Notes: generated by a model not told the origin, from the sequence alone. A stretch of 64,000 nt of DNA from Octopus vulgaris (GCA_951406725.2 OX597815.1:43524001-43588000); one strand, 5' to 3'; counted from the first letter of the stretch, positions 13,405 to 29,809 are shown. Translations and numbers: made by a program.

Positions 13405-13916
13405 CTTGCGACGATCCAAGAATTTCACCTCTAACGTCGCAATACGAGTGGCCCCGATCGCTCCCTTCGACCATTGCCTCGTCGTGAACGGAGACCGACG
13501 GATGACGCGCGGACGAGGCCATTTTCCATCATTCCATGCTTTTCGTATGCAAGCCGGCGGGGCTCGCTCTGAGCACTCTAATTTTTTCACAGTGAACGTT
13601 CCGGCCGCCTCGGACACTCGGCGAAGAGCACCCTCGGAGGAACCGTGCGGGCCGAAACGACCGGGAGGTGGACGCGCTACTACCGCTAAAACGCGAACGG
13701 CGACGACGCCCAATAGCGCACCCGCCTCGTGGCTCCCGTGCGCGCCGAACCGACCCGCGCGTGAACGCAAGCGTGAAACCGGACACGACACGCGCGGGCG
13801 AAGACGAGCGCTGGACGGCGGCCGACTCGCGGCGGCGACGCGAGCAGAGCTCCGCGGCCCGACCGCGCACGCACCGGCGAATAAGGCCGGGAGGCGAACG
13901 GACGACCGAAGCGGAC
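13405..13916 (-). pseudogene. Dispersed 18S rRNA fragment (V4 region and downstream conserved block)
   Basis: Minus strand contains GAAAAAATTAGAGTGCTC, GCATGGAATGATGGAA and GAGGTGAAATTCTTGGATCGTCGCAAG in 18S order. Very GC-rich, with no other rDNA nearby. Confidence 0.9.
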
Positions 13917-15657
13917 ATATATATATATATATATATACATACATACATATATGTTTAAAAAAATCTCATCACACAATCGAACCAAGGAAAGGGTCTCTAC
14001 CTGGTCGCTCGACACGCTAAAAATAGCATCTAAAGTATCCCCCTACCTAAATCACACGCCCACTGTACGTAATGTCCTAGATTATCCCTAAAAAGACGGT
14101 TCGCTGAAGGCTGGAATGTCTTTGATGATAGGTTTGCTGTATCAGGGTTGATTTGAGGCTAAATAACAACAAAATTATTACTGAGAGAAAGACCAATGAC
14201 GGAGTCTGTATATTGTTGCATGAGTTGCTAGAAAAAGAAGCCAAACTTTTTTTTTATATACAGAATAGAAGAACGTCTGACTCATTCAACTAGTATCCGA
14301 AGTTTCAAACTGCTTAGTGTTTGTTAGTGTTTGATCTTGCAGTTTGTAAGGTCAAACACTAATAACGACAGACCTCCATTTAGGCCAACCATGCTTCTCG
14401 TACGGCCAATTATACGTCGGATGCTCAAGAGTCGGATGCAAAAAAACCTTTTCGTATTCGCCACGAAAGCCAAAATGAAAAATGTCATCTACAATGAGTG
14501 CTGTAGGCCGTCCAACATGTCGCAGCTTCCCTGTCTAACAGGTTTATGGTGAGTGAGTACTATTGTTGCTATTCTTTCAAAATTACCTGTTTTTCTTAAG
14601 TCTTTTTTCATTTTGTCCACTACAGCTTCTCAATCGCTTTGCAGATGGCTTGAGTTTTGGCATCACTGCACATACTGCTTTCGATGTGAACGAAAAAGGA
14701 CTTTTATACCTGTGAACGGTTAACAATCCTTTTCAGGGCTATTGTGAGAACGATAACTCGCCCTTTTTCAGGTCCACTTTACATTCAATTGTTGCACCCC
14801 CTGCGATACTCTTGTGGCTTCCCCAATGTTTTTCACCCAGTTGTTACTACTTTATTTATGGTCTATGGGAAAAATCACTTCCTCCTCAATGTTAATGTTT
14901 GCAACTTAACGCAAGAAATATTCAAAGAGATGTACAAAAAAAAAATGGTGGAACATATTAAGACCATTGCCAAGTGTTTAATACTCGAGCAATGCCGGGT
15001 CCTCCTGCTAGTTAGAACTGAAATAATGGTTTCACATTTTGGCACAAAGCCAGCAAGTTCGGGGGAAGGGTAAGTCGACTACATCGACCTCAGTGCTCAA
15101 CTGGTACTTAGTTTATCGATCCTGAAAGGATAAAGGTTAAGTTGACTTCGGCGGAATTTGAACACAGAACGTAAAGATGGACGAAATACCGCTAAGCATT
15201 TTGCCCGGCGTGCTAGCCTCTGCTAGCTTGGCACCTTGATGATGTACCCACATCACGATTAAAATTTCACGAAATATTTAACATTTACGTAGCGATTCCG
15301 CTGCTTAGATAGATTAGGGTTACCTTTATAGAAGATACAGATTTAAAGTTAGGAAGACAGAATCACCAACGACCAAATGTATTAGTATTGGATATAGCAT
15401 CTTGGCAACGCGCGTGTGTATGACCTTATGTAATGTATACTTTCTATATTTTATCTTTTGCATATTTCAGTCAACGGACTTCGGCCATGCTGAGGCACCA
15501 ACTTGAAGGGTACTTTGTCGAATGAATCGACCCATGTACTTACGTGATGCTTTTAAATCTAGTACTCATTCTATTGTTTGTTTTGGTAGGTGGAAAGCAC
15601 AATCACAATGACACATGTATACACACGCTCGCGCGCAATATGTATAAATGTATTATA

Positions 15658-16042
15658 AGGTGTGGCTGTGTAGTAAGAAGCATGCTTCTCAACCACATGG
15701 TTCCGGGTTCCGTCCCACTATGTGGCACCTTGGGCAAGTGTCTTCTGCTATAGCCTCGGACCGACCAAAGCCTTGTGAGTGGGTTTTGGTACACGGAAAC
15801 TGAAAGAAACCCGTCGTATACATGTATATATGTATATGCTTGTGTGTGTGTGTGTTTGTCCCTCCACTATCGCTTGACAACCGATGCCGGTGTGTTGACG
15901 TCCCCCGTAACTTAGCGGTTCGGCAAAAAGAGACCGATAGAATAAGTACTAAGCTTACAAAGAATAAGGTCCTGGAGTCGATTTGTTTGACTAAAGGCAG
16001 TGCTCCAGCATCGCCGCAGTCAAATGACAGAAACAAGTAAAA

Positions 16043-16045
<3 letters not shown>
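15658..16045 (+). mobile_element. SINE family C
   Basis: Near full-length copy. Opposite-strand partial copies lie at ~15440-15560 and ~16115-16270. Confidence 0.9.
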
Positions 16046-16102
<57 letters not shown>

Positions 16103-16756
16103 GTATATATATAAGACGGGGTTCCACAGTTTGAGTCTACTAAATTAACTGACATGGCATTGGTCTACTGTCTCCTACTAGTAGGAGACTATAGGCCAAG
16201 TTCCTGTGTTTTGGAACTTAACCCGAAACCATGTAACTGCAAATCAAGCTTCTTAACCACACATCATACCTGCGCATAATGCATATGTACACATACAGTG
16301 TAGTATAATAAAAACTGGTACATATACACAGAGAATGCTAAAACATAAACAGGTTTTGTAAGCGTTTCTGTTTAAGATCCTAGTGAATGTCAAGAGAGAT
16401 TTATTCAATCGAGCTGCATTCAAAAAGTTTAATGTTTAAAATCCATAAATGTTACACGTTTTTTCTATACAAAAATTAAATTTGTTATGCCTCTGAATTA
16501 TTTCGTCTGAAAAGAAAGTAACACAAATGCCAAAATCTACATGTAGTCGATCCGAGAACGGCTACCGGCCGATGCAGGCTTTAGCTTAGATGCTCACCCA
16601 TCGCTGTCTTAAGAAGTGTGCTTCCCAGCCACATGGTTCAGGGTTCAGTCTCACTACGCTGAACACTGGACAAGTTTCTTGTGATATAGCCTCGGGCCGA
16701 TCACAACCTTGAGTGGATTTGATAACGGAAACTAAAAAAAAAAGCCCGTCGTATAA

Positions 16757-16806
<50 letters not shown>

Positions 16807-16847
16807 GCACACACACACAAGCACACAGATATATATATTTTCTTTTT

Positions 16848-17129
16848 TTACGCCCTTTTCAAGACTAGCCAGGCTCATGGGCCCGGTTTCCCGATTTCTA
16901 TGGCGTATGTGTTTCCCCCAGCTGGACGGGACGCCAGTTCATCGCAGCGTTACTCAAGAAACAGGAAGAAAGAGTGAGAGAAAGGTGGGGCGAAAGAGTA
17001 CAGCAGAGATCGCCACCACCCTCCGCCGGAGCCTCGTGTTTTCGCTCAATAAACACACACAACGCCCTGTCTGTCATTCGAAACCAACCGCGAGGCTGCT
17101 GCCCTAACCACTGGGCCATTGCGGCTCCA
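16848..17129 (-). mobile_element. SINE family B head with alternative tail 2
   Basis: Head as in 9258. Tail GCGATGAACTGGCGTCCCGTCCAGC...TTGAAAAGGGCG as in 50408-50719. Confidence 0.85.
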
Positions 17130-17144
17130 CATATATATATTTAG

Positions 17145-17347
17145 TCAATTCAAATAAACGAATGAAAAAAAAAAAAAAAAAAAAAAAACGAAAAACAACG
17201 AATGAGAGGACGTGCGCAAAAAGTGTGTTAGCTTGACGCTCGGTGAAAGGAGAGAGTTTAACGTTTGGAGCTTAGCTCTTCGTTGGAAAGGAGAAAGGGA
17301 AAAGTCCAAAGAAGGAGAAGCGGAAGAAATTGCCAACGTCACACGTG
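17145..17347 (-). mobile_element. Penelope-like terminal-repeat remnant with a decayed hammerhead
   Basis: Homologous to 48744-48945. Minus strand reads CCAACGA-A-GAGC-taa-GCTC-CAAAC-GTT. Confidence 0.55.
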
Positions 17348-17859
17348 CATGTCTGTGTATGTCCTCCATTACTGATTGATAACCGGTGTTGGTGTGTTTA
17401 TGTCCCCGAAACCAGGAGGTTCAGTAAAATAAATCGATAGATTTAGTAACAGGCTTTTAAAGAAAAAGTAAGTACTAGGATTTATTCGTTCGAATAAAAA
17501 ATCCTTCAAGGCTGTGACCAAGCATGGCTGAGCGAAACAAGTAAAAGATAAAATATAGGATATGTCAAACAATTGGTAACTTATTGTTAACAAATTTATA
17601 GAGTGGCGAATAAAATTTAATGGGCAGTGGGTGTGGGGGAAATTATATTAGGAAATAACTAATATTATTTGTATTTACTATGAGCATGCTTCACTTTTAT
17701 TTCAACATCATCAGCGTAAAATAGTCTTCGTGCTTGCTGAAGTACTAATGAAAGTATTTTCAAAAATATTTGCTTACTCACACATAAACAAGCATAAATA
17801 TATCGAGACAGTGAGACACAAAAACAGGTAGAACATATAGCAAGTACAGAATCAGAGAG

Positions 17860-18372
17860 AGAGAGTTTAGCACGTATTTCGTCTGCCGTTACGTTCTGAG
17901 TTCAAATTCCACCGAGGTCCACTTTGTCTTTCATCTTTTAATCCTTAATCGACTTAATCTGTTTGTCTGTCCTTGTTTGTCCCCTCTTTGTTTAGCCCCT
18001 TGTGGGTAGTAAAGAAATATAGGTATTTCGTCTGCGGTTACCTTCTGAGTTCAAATTCCGCCGAGGTCCACTTTGCCTTTCATCCTTTCGGGGTCGATTA
18101 AATAAGTACCAGTTACGCACTGGGGTCGATATGATCGACTTAATCCGTTTGTCTGTCCTTGTTTGTCCCCTCTGTGTTTAGCCCCTTGTGGGTAGTAAAG
18201 AAATAGGTATTTCGTCTGCAGCTACGTTCTGAGTTCAAATTCCGCCGAGGTCGACTTTGCCTTTCATCCTTTCGGGGTCGATAAATTAAGTACCAGTTGC
18301 GTACTGGAGTTGATCTAATCGACTGGCCCCTCCCCCGAAATTTCGGACCTTGTGCCTAGAGTAGAAAAGAAT
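17860..18372 (+). mobile_element. SINE family A trimer (tail A, tail A, tail B)
   Basis: Three core units. Direct repeat AGAATCAGAGAG at 17848-17859 and 18368-18379. Confidence 0.85.
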
Positions 18373-18700
18373 CAGAGAGGGAGAGAGAGAGAAAGAGAGA
18401 GACATGCAGACAGAGGGAGGGATAGAGAAAGAGAGAGAGAAAAAGAATGCAGAGACAGATGGAAAGAGACTGTTGAGAATGATTCGAGCTTGATAACTTT
18501 CCGTTACATCAGTTTTAAATATTAAAATTAAATACTAGCTGGCTTATAAAATACGCGATAAATTTAAACGTAGTTATTTTCCCACGGTAATTACTTCTAA
18601 TCAACATCCAATCTTGTTGGTGCATTAAGAGAAGATATATCAAGAGATTAACAAACTTAGATAAACTAAATTAAATTAATAAAAAATTAATATAGCTTCA

Positions 18701-18787
<87 letters not shown>

Positions 18788-18874
18788 TATATATATGTGT
18801 GTGTATATGTATATGTAAGTATGTATGTGTATCTCTCTCTCTCTCTACAAACACACACACATGGATTCATGAAT

Positions 18875-18911
<37 letters not shown>

Positions 18912-19233
18912 TTGAATGAGTATATATATATATATACTTACATTCACAGACGTACACACGCAGATTGATATACACATAAATATACACATGCATACATACA
19001 TATGCACATATTTTTCTAAGTGTTAATACAGGCGAACAAATATTCAGTTGGAGTGTATGGGTGATGTGATGTAGTGGTGGTGGTGTATATGTGAGAGAGA
19101 CAGAGAATATGTGCAACTGTGTGTGTTGATAGTGAGAGGCGGTGACTGGGCAGGGAGGGACGATTAAGGGTTCACAGTGTGAATTGCAGAAAAGTGAAGA
19201 AATGCTCAATACTACTATCTAGAGTGCAATAAT

Positions 19234-19330
<97 letters not shown>

Positions 19331-19503
19331 TGAGCAGACAAATGAAAGAAAAGGGTACTCAAGACATTTAGTAGGAGTTTCATGTATTTTTAGAACAGTT
19401 TGATTCGACTCCGTGCGACTTAAATTTTCGCGGGCCTCTAACAGAAACCTGTCTCTTTCAGGCTCTAAAGTTCGAAAGAAAATTATGTGTGTGTGTGTGT
19501 GTA

Positions 19504-19569
<66 letters not shown>

Positions 19570-19901
19570 TGAGTGTGCGTGTGCGTGTATTGTATAGTTC
19601 TGTGTAGAAAAGTCGTCATTGGTCTTTGCTCCTTAGTAAAGCGTTTATATATATATATATTGCCTTCGAAACATGCTTGAGTCTACTAGCGACAGCTGAT
19701 GACGGGGTTTTTTTTCCTTGTGTAGCACGTCCTGTAACTGTTTTTTTCATTTTCTTGTTTTTTGTTTTTTTGTTTTTCCCGTTTCTACGTCTTATTGTGG
19801 TGTCCTGTACTCACGTATAATTATTTATATATGCATGTATATATACATGTAAATGTAGGTACGTACATATATGTTTGTATGTATGCATATATTTTATTTA
19901 T

Positions 19902-20003
<102 letters not shown>

Positions 20004-20809
20004 ATGAGAGAAAGAGAGGGTAAAAAAAGACGGTGAGATAAAACCAGCCAGCATGACTTTATGTTTATGAGCCGAGGAACTCTAACCACTAGGACACGTG
20101 CCTAGGCATAAAAACATTAATTCACTCGTGTTTCTGATATTTAAATGGCGGTTGTAAGGCAGGAAATTGACAAAGAAATTAGTTTGTGGCGTAGAACTGC
20201 CTCCGGTGTTTGTTATGACGCTATTCATTTTGATTTCAAATCAGCCGATGTCGAATTTGTTTAACATCCTTTCAAGATCGATAAAAAAAAGAATCAATCC
20301 CAAACGGTAGATTGTTGGAATTACAAGAGAGCTGTGCAAGATAATTTGTGATATCTGATCTTGGTGATTTCATCCTGTCAGCAACATTTGAAGCGATACT
20401 GCTGGGAAGATATATTCGGCTCAAGTTGGTGGCCTTTCTCTTTGAATTTTCGGTCGTAAATCAACTATACGTTTCTCTGATTTCATTGTACTAAACCAGG
20501 TAAACCAATGATATGCGAATCATTAAAACACAAAACTGACTGACACTATACTCACATTATCACTGAACACACACGCGAATACAGACACACACACACGCAC
20601 AGACACAAACACACGCATACATACATATGTGCGTGTGTGTTTGTTTGCCTGTCTGTGTATGTGTATGTATGTATTTATATATGTACATACCCCCCACACA
20701 CACAGACACACACACACATATATATGTATATATATACATATATATATCTGTATATATACGTTTATATACATGCATATATATGTATGTATATATATACATA
20801 CATATACAT

Positions 20810-20849
<40 letters not shown>

Positions 20850-20930
20850 CTCCATATATATATATATATATATATATTGCTTCAGTCAAATAACTGAAAC
20901 AAATAAAAGGATAAAATTATATTTATATAT

Positions 20931-20995
<65 letters not shown>

Positions 20996-21667
20996 GAGAC
21001 AGACAGACAACACAGTCAAATAGACAGATAGATAGATAGATGTGCTTGTGTGTGTATATGTATGTGTATGGAATATATGTGTATTTGAGTGCGGATATAT
21101 GCGTACATTTCTGTATGCGTGTAAGTGCCTGAACGACTTCATGAATATGAGTTTCTTTAACTACTGACACCTGGGAATTATCATGAGAGTTATATATCTT
21201 ATGAATAAATATTGGTACACATTAACGGCTAAGAGAGCCGAAGACTGAATTCAGAAACTTAAAAAAATATATATATGGGATTGGTGTTGGGGAAATGGAT
21301 AAAACCTGAGCAACAGTAGTTTCATAAAATCATTAGGGATTTATATTTCAATGTTTTCCGCCATCACTAAATTTTTCGTAACGTTTGCTGTCATACATTT
21401 TACTTTATATTTCTTTTTTTTTCTAATGCTGATTCTTGCTTGTTGATTTTTATATTTCATTTTTCTTTTTCTTTCTTTTTCTTTCATTTTCTTCTGTTTT
21501 TCTTTTCTTTTCCTTCTTTTCTTCTTCAAGAAAGATGTCGCGAAGCACACCATATCGCAGTCTCTTCATCCTTTAGGCAGGTGATTTCCTGAATACTTCT
21601 GTTCAACTAATCTAACTTTATCTTCTCAGCTGATATCAGCATGCATGTTATTTATTTCATTATTGAT

Positions 21668-23878
<2,211 letters not shown>

Positions 23879-24249
23879 TCTTTACCATTATAGATACGTA
23901 TTGTATATATTATAGCAATTATAATGATATGCAGAGGAAGCCATTATACAATATTTTCCAGCTGAAGAAAGCCACCATGGAGACAAGCACAGTTGCTGAA
24001 ACAAAGCTCATTGTGGCAAAGCTTGATAAGAGACTGCAAGTGAATTCCTGCAGCAGGCGAAGACTAATTCAGTTCTCGCTGCCCCACTCAGGCTAAACAT
24101 ACAGGCTAAGGAGTAAAAGCTTGTGATCCCTAAATACCAGCTGACGATCTGGAAGGGCTTCCAACAATGCGATGAATTTAGACGAGTTTGCAATACTTCC
24201 GAGTAGCTCCTGCAGTTTCTGCTCGGGACAGTTAAGTTGAAATAACCAT

Positions 24250-24445
24250 CGGAGGTACTTAGAGCGTCGGGCTCACAATCATGATGTAGTGAGTTCGATT
24301 TCCAGGCCGGGCTGTGTGTTGTGTTCTTCAGCAAGACACTTTATTTCACATTGCTCCAGTTCACTCAGCTGTAGAAATGAGTTGCGATGTCACTAGTGCC
24401 AAGCTGTATCAGCCTTGCCTTTCCCTTGGATAAGATCGGTGGCGG
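24250..24445 (+). mobile_element. SINE family D (tRNA head plus CORE-like GCAAGACACTTTATTTCAC)
   Basis: B box GAGTTCGATTTCC. Same body as 44941-45070. Confidence 0.7.
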
Positions 24446-24929
24446 TCATTATGACCGAACCGAGTTTTTACTCTTTACCCTTTATAGGAAGTGCTTCGTT
24501 GTACAATTGCTATTTACGTAAAAGTGACTATTCGTTTGACTCCTAAATGATGTGAGTACGTAAATTTTGGTTGTTATGTAATGACTTTTTGACAGCTTGG
24601 ATTGCATGACTTGCGTAGATAGAACGTTCGATTTACAGATAGTAATATCTGATACGATCCTACTTTTCACCGCTGGCATGCGTTTTGGAGTTTTTGTATA
24701 CATACATAAGTACGTAAGTACATACATACATACATACATACATACATTCAAACATGTATGTATGTATGTATATATGTATGCATGTATGTGTGTGTATATG
24801 TAATCTATACATATATGTTTGTAAGCATGAGTATATATATATATATATATACGAGTAACAAACGAAAGAAGGACACTCAACACATTTATTGGGAGTTACA
24901 AGTATTGATAAAAACAATTTGATTCAGAA

Positions 24930-25060
24930 CTTTGATACTCTGAGTTTCAAGTGCGTAGCTAGACTTCGGTCATTGAAATCAGATTCCAATGGCCGAAAAC
25001 TAGCCACGCGCTTGACTCCAAAGGCCGAAGACTAACTACGTGCTTGAAACTCAGAGCACT
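24930..25060. ncRNA. Three decayed hammerhead-like units (one minus, two plus)
   Basis: Unit consensus CCGAAGA-CTAGCTACGCGCTT-GAAAC-TCAGA-GTA, arranged as a fold-back. Confidence 0.45.
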
Positions 25061-25108
25061 AGGGATTCAAGCTGTTTTGAAATATATATATATATATATG
25101 TGTGTCTA

Positions 25109-25197
<89 letters not shown>

Positions 25198-25830
25198 GTA
25201 TTTAAGTATGTATGTATGTATGTATGTGTGAGTGTGTGTAAATATTAACTTAACTATTAATTTTGTTTTTGACTTAATTACTATGTCAAACTCAGACGTA
25301 TTTGTACCTAAGTTATTATTAGAATAGGGTTTTCAGTAAATATAACCATATAACCTTACACTATTTAACTGTTTAGGCAAGCATATCTCACATAGATGAA
25401 TATGTTTATGCATCAAGAATTTAAAGCGCACTCACATTTGCACCCGCATAAGCACAAGAGTACACACAAAATCATTAAGGTAGAATAAACACGAACAATT
25501 TACCATCATATTTGTCAACAGCTTTCTTCGTGCTCAGCTGTATCAATAGAATATGGGAGCTGAGCTGTCAACCAGCTGTGGCAATCGGAAAAGGCAAAGT
25601 TATCATTTACTGTTTAACGATTTAATTTCATTTCCAACCCCTGTCAGACACTACTACGACCAAAACGTGACGCCCCATCCCTTCTGTAATTTTATAGTTT
25701 CTATGAAATTAGGTGAGCTCTGGTTGTATCATTCATTCGGCCAGCGTTTTCCCTAATTTTCAGGAAGTACACCAGATGTATACCTTTGCATGCACACGAG
25801 GGGAAATAAATTCGCGTGAATTAAATTTTG

Positions 25831-25834
<4 letters not shown>

Positions 25835-25870
<36 letters not shown>

Positions 25871-25909
25871 TTATATGTTTATTATATATACATTATATAT
25901 ATATATGTT

Positions 25910-25944
<35 letters not shown>

Positions 25945-26119
25945 TATATGTTTATTATATATACATTATATATATATATATGTTTGCATATATATATATA
26001 TATATATATATAATTATATGTTTATTATATATACATTATATATATATAAGTTTGCATATATATATATATATATATATATAAATTATATGTTTATTATATA
26101 TACATTATGTATATATGTT

Positions 26120-26185
<66 letters not shown>

Positions 26186-26190
26186 AACAT
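25835..26190. repeat. AT-rich minisatellite (~65-70 bp unit, ~4 copies) built around (TA)n
   Basis: Repeated TTATATGTTTATTATATATACATTATATA...GTTTGCA(TA)n. Confidence 0.85.
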
Positions 26191-26453
26191 ATGTTTGTGA
26201 GGTGTATTTATGTAATTATGTAGATATATATGTATATTTATGTATATTTATGCAAGAATTTGCGTAAATGTGTTCGTTTGTAAGAATATCGCAGACAAAA
26301 CACCACAGAGAGTAAATCTAGATATTACATTTTGATTTCAAATTTTGGCTAGGGCACTGTTGGGAATCTCTTATTGTGGGTATGGTAAGCGGTATAAGCA
26401 GGAGCCATTTCATAATGTCACATCCATCCATCCATTCATCTATCTATCCATCC

Positions 26454-26550
<97 letters not shown>

Positions 26551-26573
26551 CCTACTTATCTACCTATCTATCA

Positions 26574-26622
<49 letters not shown>

Positions 26623-26796
26623 CATTTATGCATACATACACACACATGTAAGTATGTTTGTAGTATTGTATGAATGTATGTATGCATGCATGTTTGTTTA
26701 TGCGTATAGATATGTGCCTGAGTGTACGTGCTCGTACGTCTACATATCTATCTGTATGTATGCATGTATGTATTTATGTGTGTGTATATATATATG

Positions 26797-26848
<52 letters not shown>

Positions 26849-26882
26849 CATACATACATACATACATACATACATACATACA

Positions 26883-26916
<34 letters not shown>

Positions 26917-27112
26917 CAAACGTACATATAGGAGTGGCTCCGGGTTCAGTCTCGCTGCATAGCACCTTGGGCAAGTGACCTCTATTATAGCCTCGGGCCA
27001 ACCAAAGCCTTGTGAGTGGATTTAGTAGACGGAAAATGAAAGAAACCTGTCGTATATCTGTATGTATGTATGTATGTATGTATGTATGTATGTATGTATG
27101 TATGTATGTATG

Positions 27113-27171
<59 letters not shown>

Positions 27172-27202
27172 TCATTTAAAGCAGCAGAAAATTCAACACA
27201 AC

Positions 27203-27240
27203 CTGTTACTCTGAGTTTCACGTTCCCGTTCGTCGGACAG
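27203..27240 (-). ncRNA. Minimal hammerhead fold (U4>C) inside an inverted repeat
   Basis: CTGT-CCGACGA-ACG-ggaa-CGT-GAAAC-TCAGA-GTA-ACAG. Flanking arms at 27174-27198 and 27256-27280. Confidence 0.6.
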
Positions 27241-27353
27241 TTTTTGCTAGAATTTTGTTGAATTTTCTGCTGCTTTAAATAAAGCATATTACTCTACCAC
27301 TGGTATTTGAGTACTCTTTTTTCCACCTTGTTTCACATTTATGTGTTTACTCC

Positions 27354-27406
<53 letters not shown>

Positions 27407-27409
27407 GAA

Positions 27410-27567
27410 AAAGTTCCACGATTGCTTCGAATAGTGGAAAACGCCCCTGGACTTATGTATGGCTTCAAATGGAGAATACTTTGAAGGCGATAGAAGTGTA
27501 AACATGTAAATCTAAGCGAATGAAACAATATTGCAATATTCCGGTTTCTTCTGGATACCCCCTCGTG
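27410..27567 (+). mobile_element. mariner 3' end (transposase C-terminus plus TIR)
   Basis: FHDCFE*WKTPLDLCMASNGEYFEGD followed by TIR ...TGGATACCCCCTCGT. Confidence 0.75.
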
Positions 27568-27966
27568 CATACATACATACATACATACATACATACATAC
27601 ATACATACATACATACATACACACACACACATACACATATATATGATTAGAAGAAGAAGAACAACAACAGCGCCAAGTGTAGCATCAGCATGTATGGTTC
27701 GAACACTGCGCTTGCTGTAAACCATAACGTTTTGCTAACTCCTAAAATAAAGGATCATCATAACTTTGACGTACAAATTAGAATACTTAACCTAAGCTAA
27801 GGTTATACATACCAGTGGCCTGTCTACGGGGATCTCAGACCGCATATATCTAAAATAGAAGAAAACGCGAAATGCCCTAACTCTACCTCCGGAATTCGAA
27901 CACCACGTCTGTTATAAAAAGTATAGTAGTTCAAATCCCTACACAAAAGGACCATCACAACTTTAA

Positions 27967-28056
<90 letters not shown>

Positions 28057-28724
28057 TTTGTGAGTATGTGTATATGATTATGTGCGTGTATGTGTGAGTG
28101 TGCATCTGTGTTTTAAGATATGAGAAAGGCGGCAGATTGCTGTAATTTCGGTGCCTGAAACTTATAATCAATTCTTATCTTTATGTTTAATCTATAACGT
28201 CATTTATCTATTACACCCTGGCGCGCCTGGTTAGAAAACTAATCAATATATATTGTACAGTTGTGTCATTATATTTGTATCAATTGTTAGAATATATATG
28301 CTTGACGGTCTGTTGATATAAATATGTTCACCGGTAGATAATATATCGAATGACCTTAAGAGAATTTATCTGGCTGGATAGTATTAATCTTAAACGACTA
28401 TCAATTTTCATGTAAAGAAACACCCGTCTCTATCTATCTCTTTTAAAAGAAAGAAAATAAGCACACCAGGTTGGTGGTGACAGACGGTTTCTAAAAGACT
28501 TCAAATGAGGGAGATACCAATCAAACCAAAGTTACAAACAATATGTTATGTTGCTCGTTCGACACACCCACCGGATTGTTGTTTAAGAGCTTCTACGTAA
28601 AAATATTATTTATCATGCACACACTCACGCAATCAAATACAAAGGCACGTAGACACGCACACACGCACGGCCGCACACACTCACGCACGCATGTACACAC
28701 ACATTTATGTATGTGCGTATGTAA

Positions 28725-29004
28725 CTTTTAATTGTTCCAATCGTTAGGTTACGGCCATGTTGGAGCACTGCCTTGAAAATCGACTCCAGGACATTTTTTT
28801 CAGTTTGGTGCTTATTCTATTGGAGTTTTTTTTTCGAACTGCTAGGTTACAGAGGCATAAGCACATCAACACTGGTAGTGGAGTACAGACGCAGATTCAA
28901 GGACGAGACACAATCACACATACACGCACACGCGCACACACATACACACACACATACACATACACACACAAACACACACACATGTATGTATGTATGTATG
29001 TATG

Positions 29005-29060
<56 letters not shown>

Positions 29061-29235
29061 TATACATATATATATATATTCGATGGGCTTCTCCAAGTTT
29101 CCGTCTACCAAATCCATTGAGAAGGCTTTGGTTGGCTCGAGGCTATAGAAGACACTTGCCGAAGGTGCCACGCAATGGGAGTGACCCGGAACCGCTTGGT
29201 TGGGAAGCAAACTTCTTATTAAATAGCAATGCCTG
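28725..29235 (-). mobile_element. SINE family C with an internal compound microsatellite
   Basis: Both halves recognisable around CA/TATG/TA tracts. Confidence 0.75.
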
Positions 29236-29251
29236 TGTTTGTGTGTGTGTG

Positions 29252-29314
<63 letters not shown>

Positions 29315-29351
29315 GTATGTGTGTATGTTTATGTATGTATTTATATATGTA

Positions 29352-29382
<31 letters not shown>

Positions 29383-29764
29383 ATGCATATATATATATAT
29401 ATATCCATATACATACATACGGGACTAGAAGGGAACCAGTGCTGAAAGTTTATATTAATAGATCATGTGACTTTACACACACGCACACACAAACACAGAC
29501 ACACACACACAAACACACACATATATACAAGAATGTTTAATATACGAAAATGTTCAGTAATCGCTACAATTGTTTCGACCCAGTTGTTAAGTTTCCCATC
29601 CCTCGCGGGTGGGAAACTTAACAACTGCAGTGATTAATACACATTCTCATATTTTCCATCTTCAGTCTCTCTCATTAATCAAATACCTAACGAACACTGT
29701 TAAAGTGAACGTGCTTTACCGGTAAGCAACCAGGTGAATACTACACGATTTGTTTCTGATGATA

Positions 29765-29809
<45 letters not shown>

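Noticed and set aside
13345-14020. Five overlapping Arg/Ala-rich ORFs suggesting a GC-rich gene or foreign DNA
   Set aside because: Explained by the 18S rRNA fragment. High GC content suppresses stop codons.
19388-19470. Possible minus-strand hammerhead (CTGAAAGA...GAATC)
   Set aside because: Both core strands deviate and stem III is poor, so it is too weak to call.
23961-24010. CTGAAGA...GAAAC hammerhead-like pair
   Set aside because: No valid stem III/NUH site or stem I.
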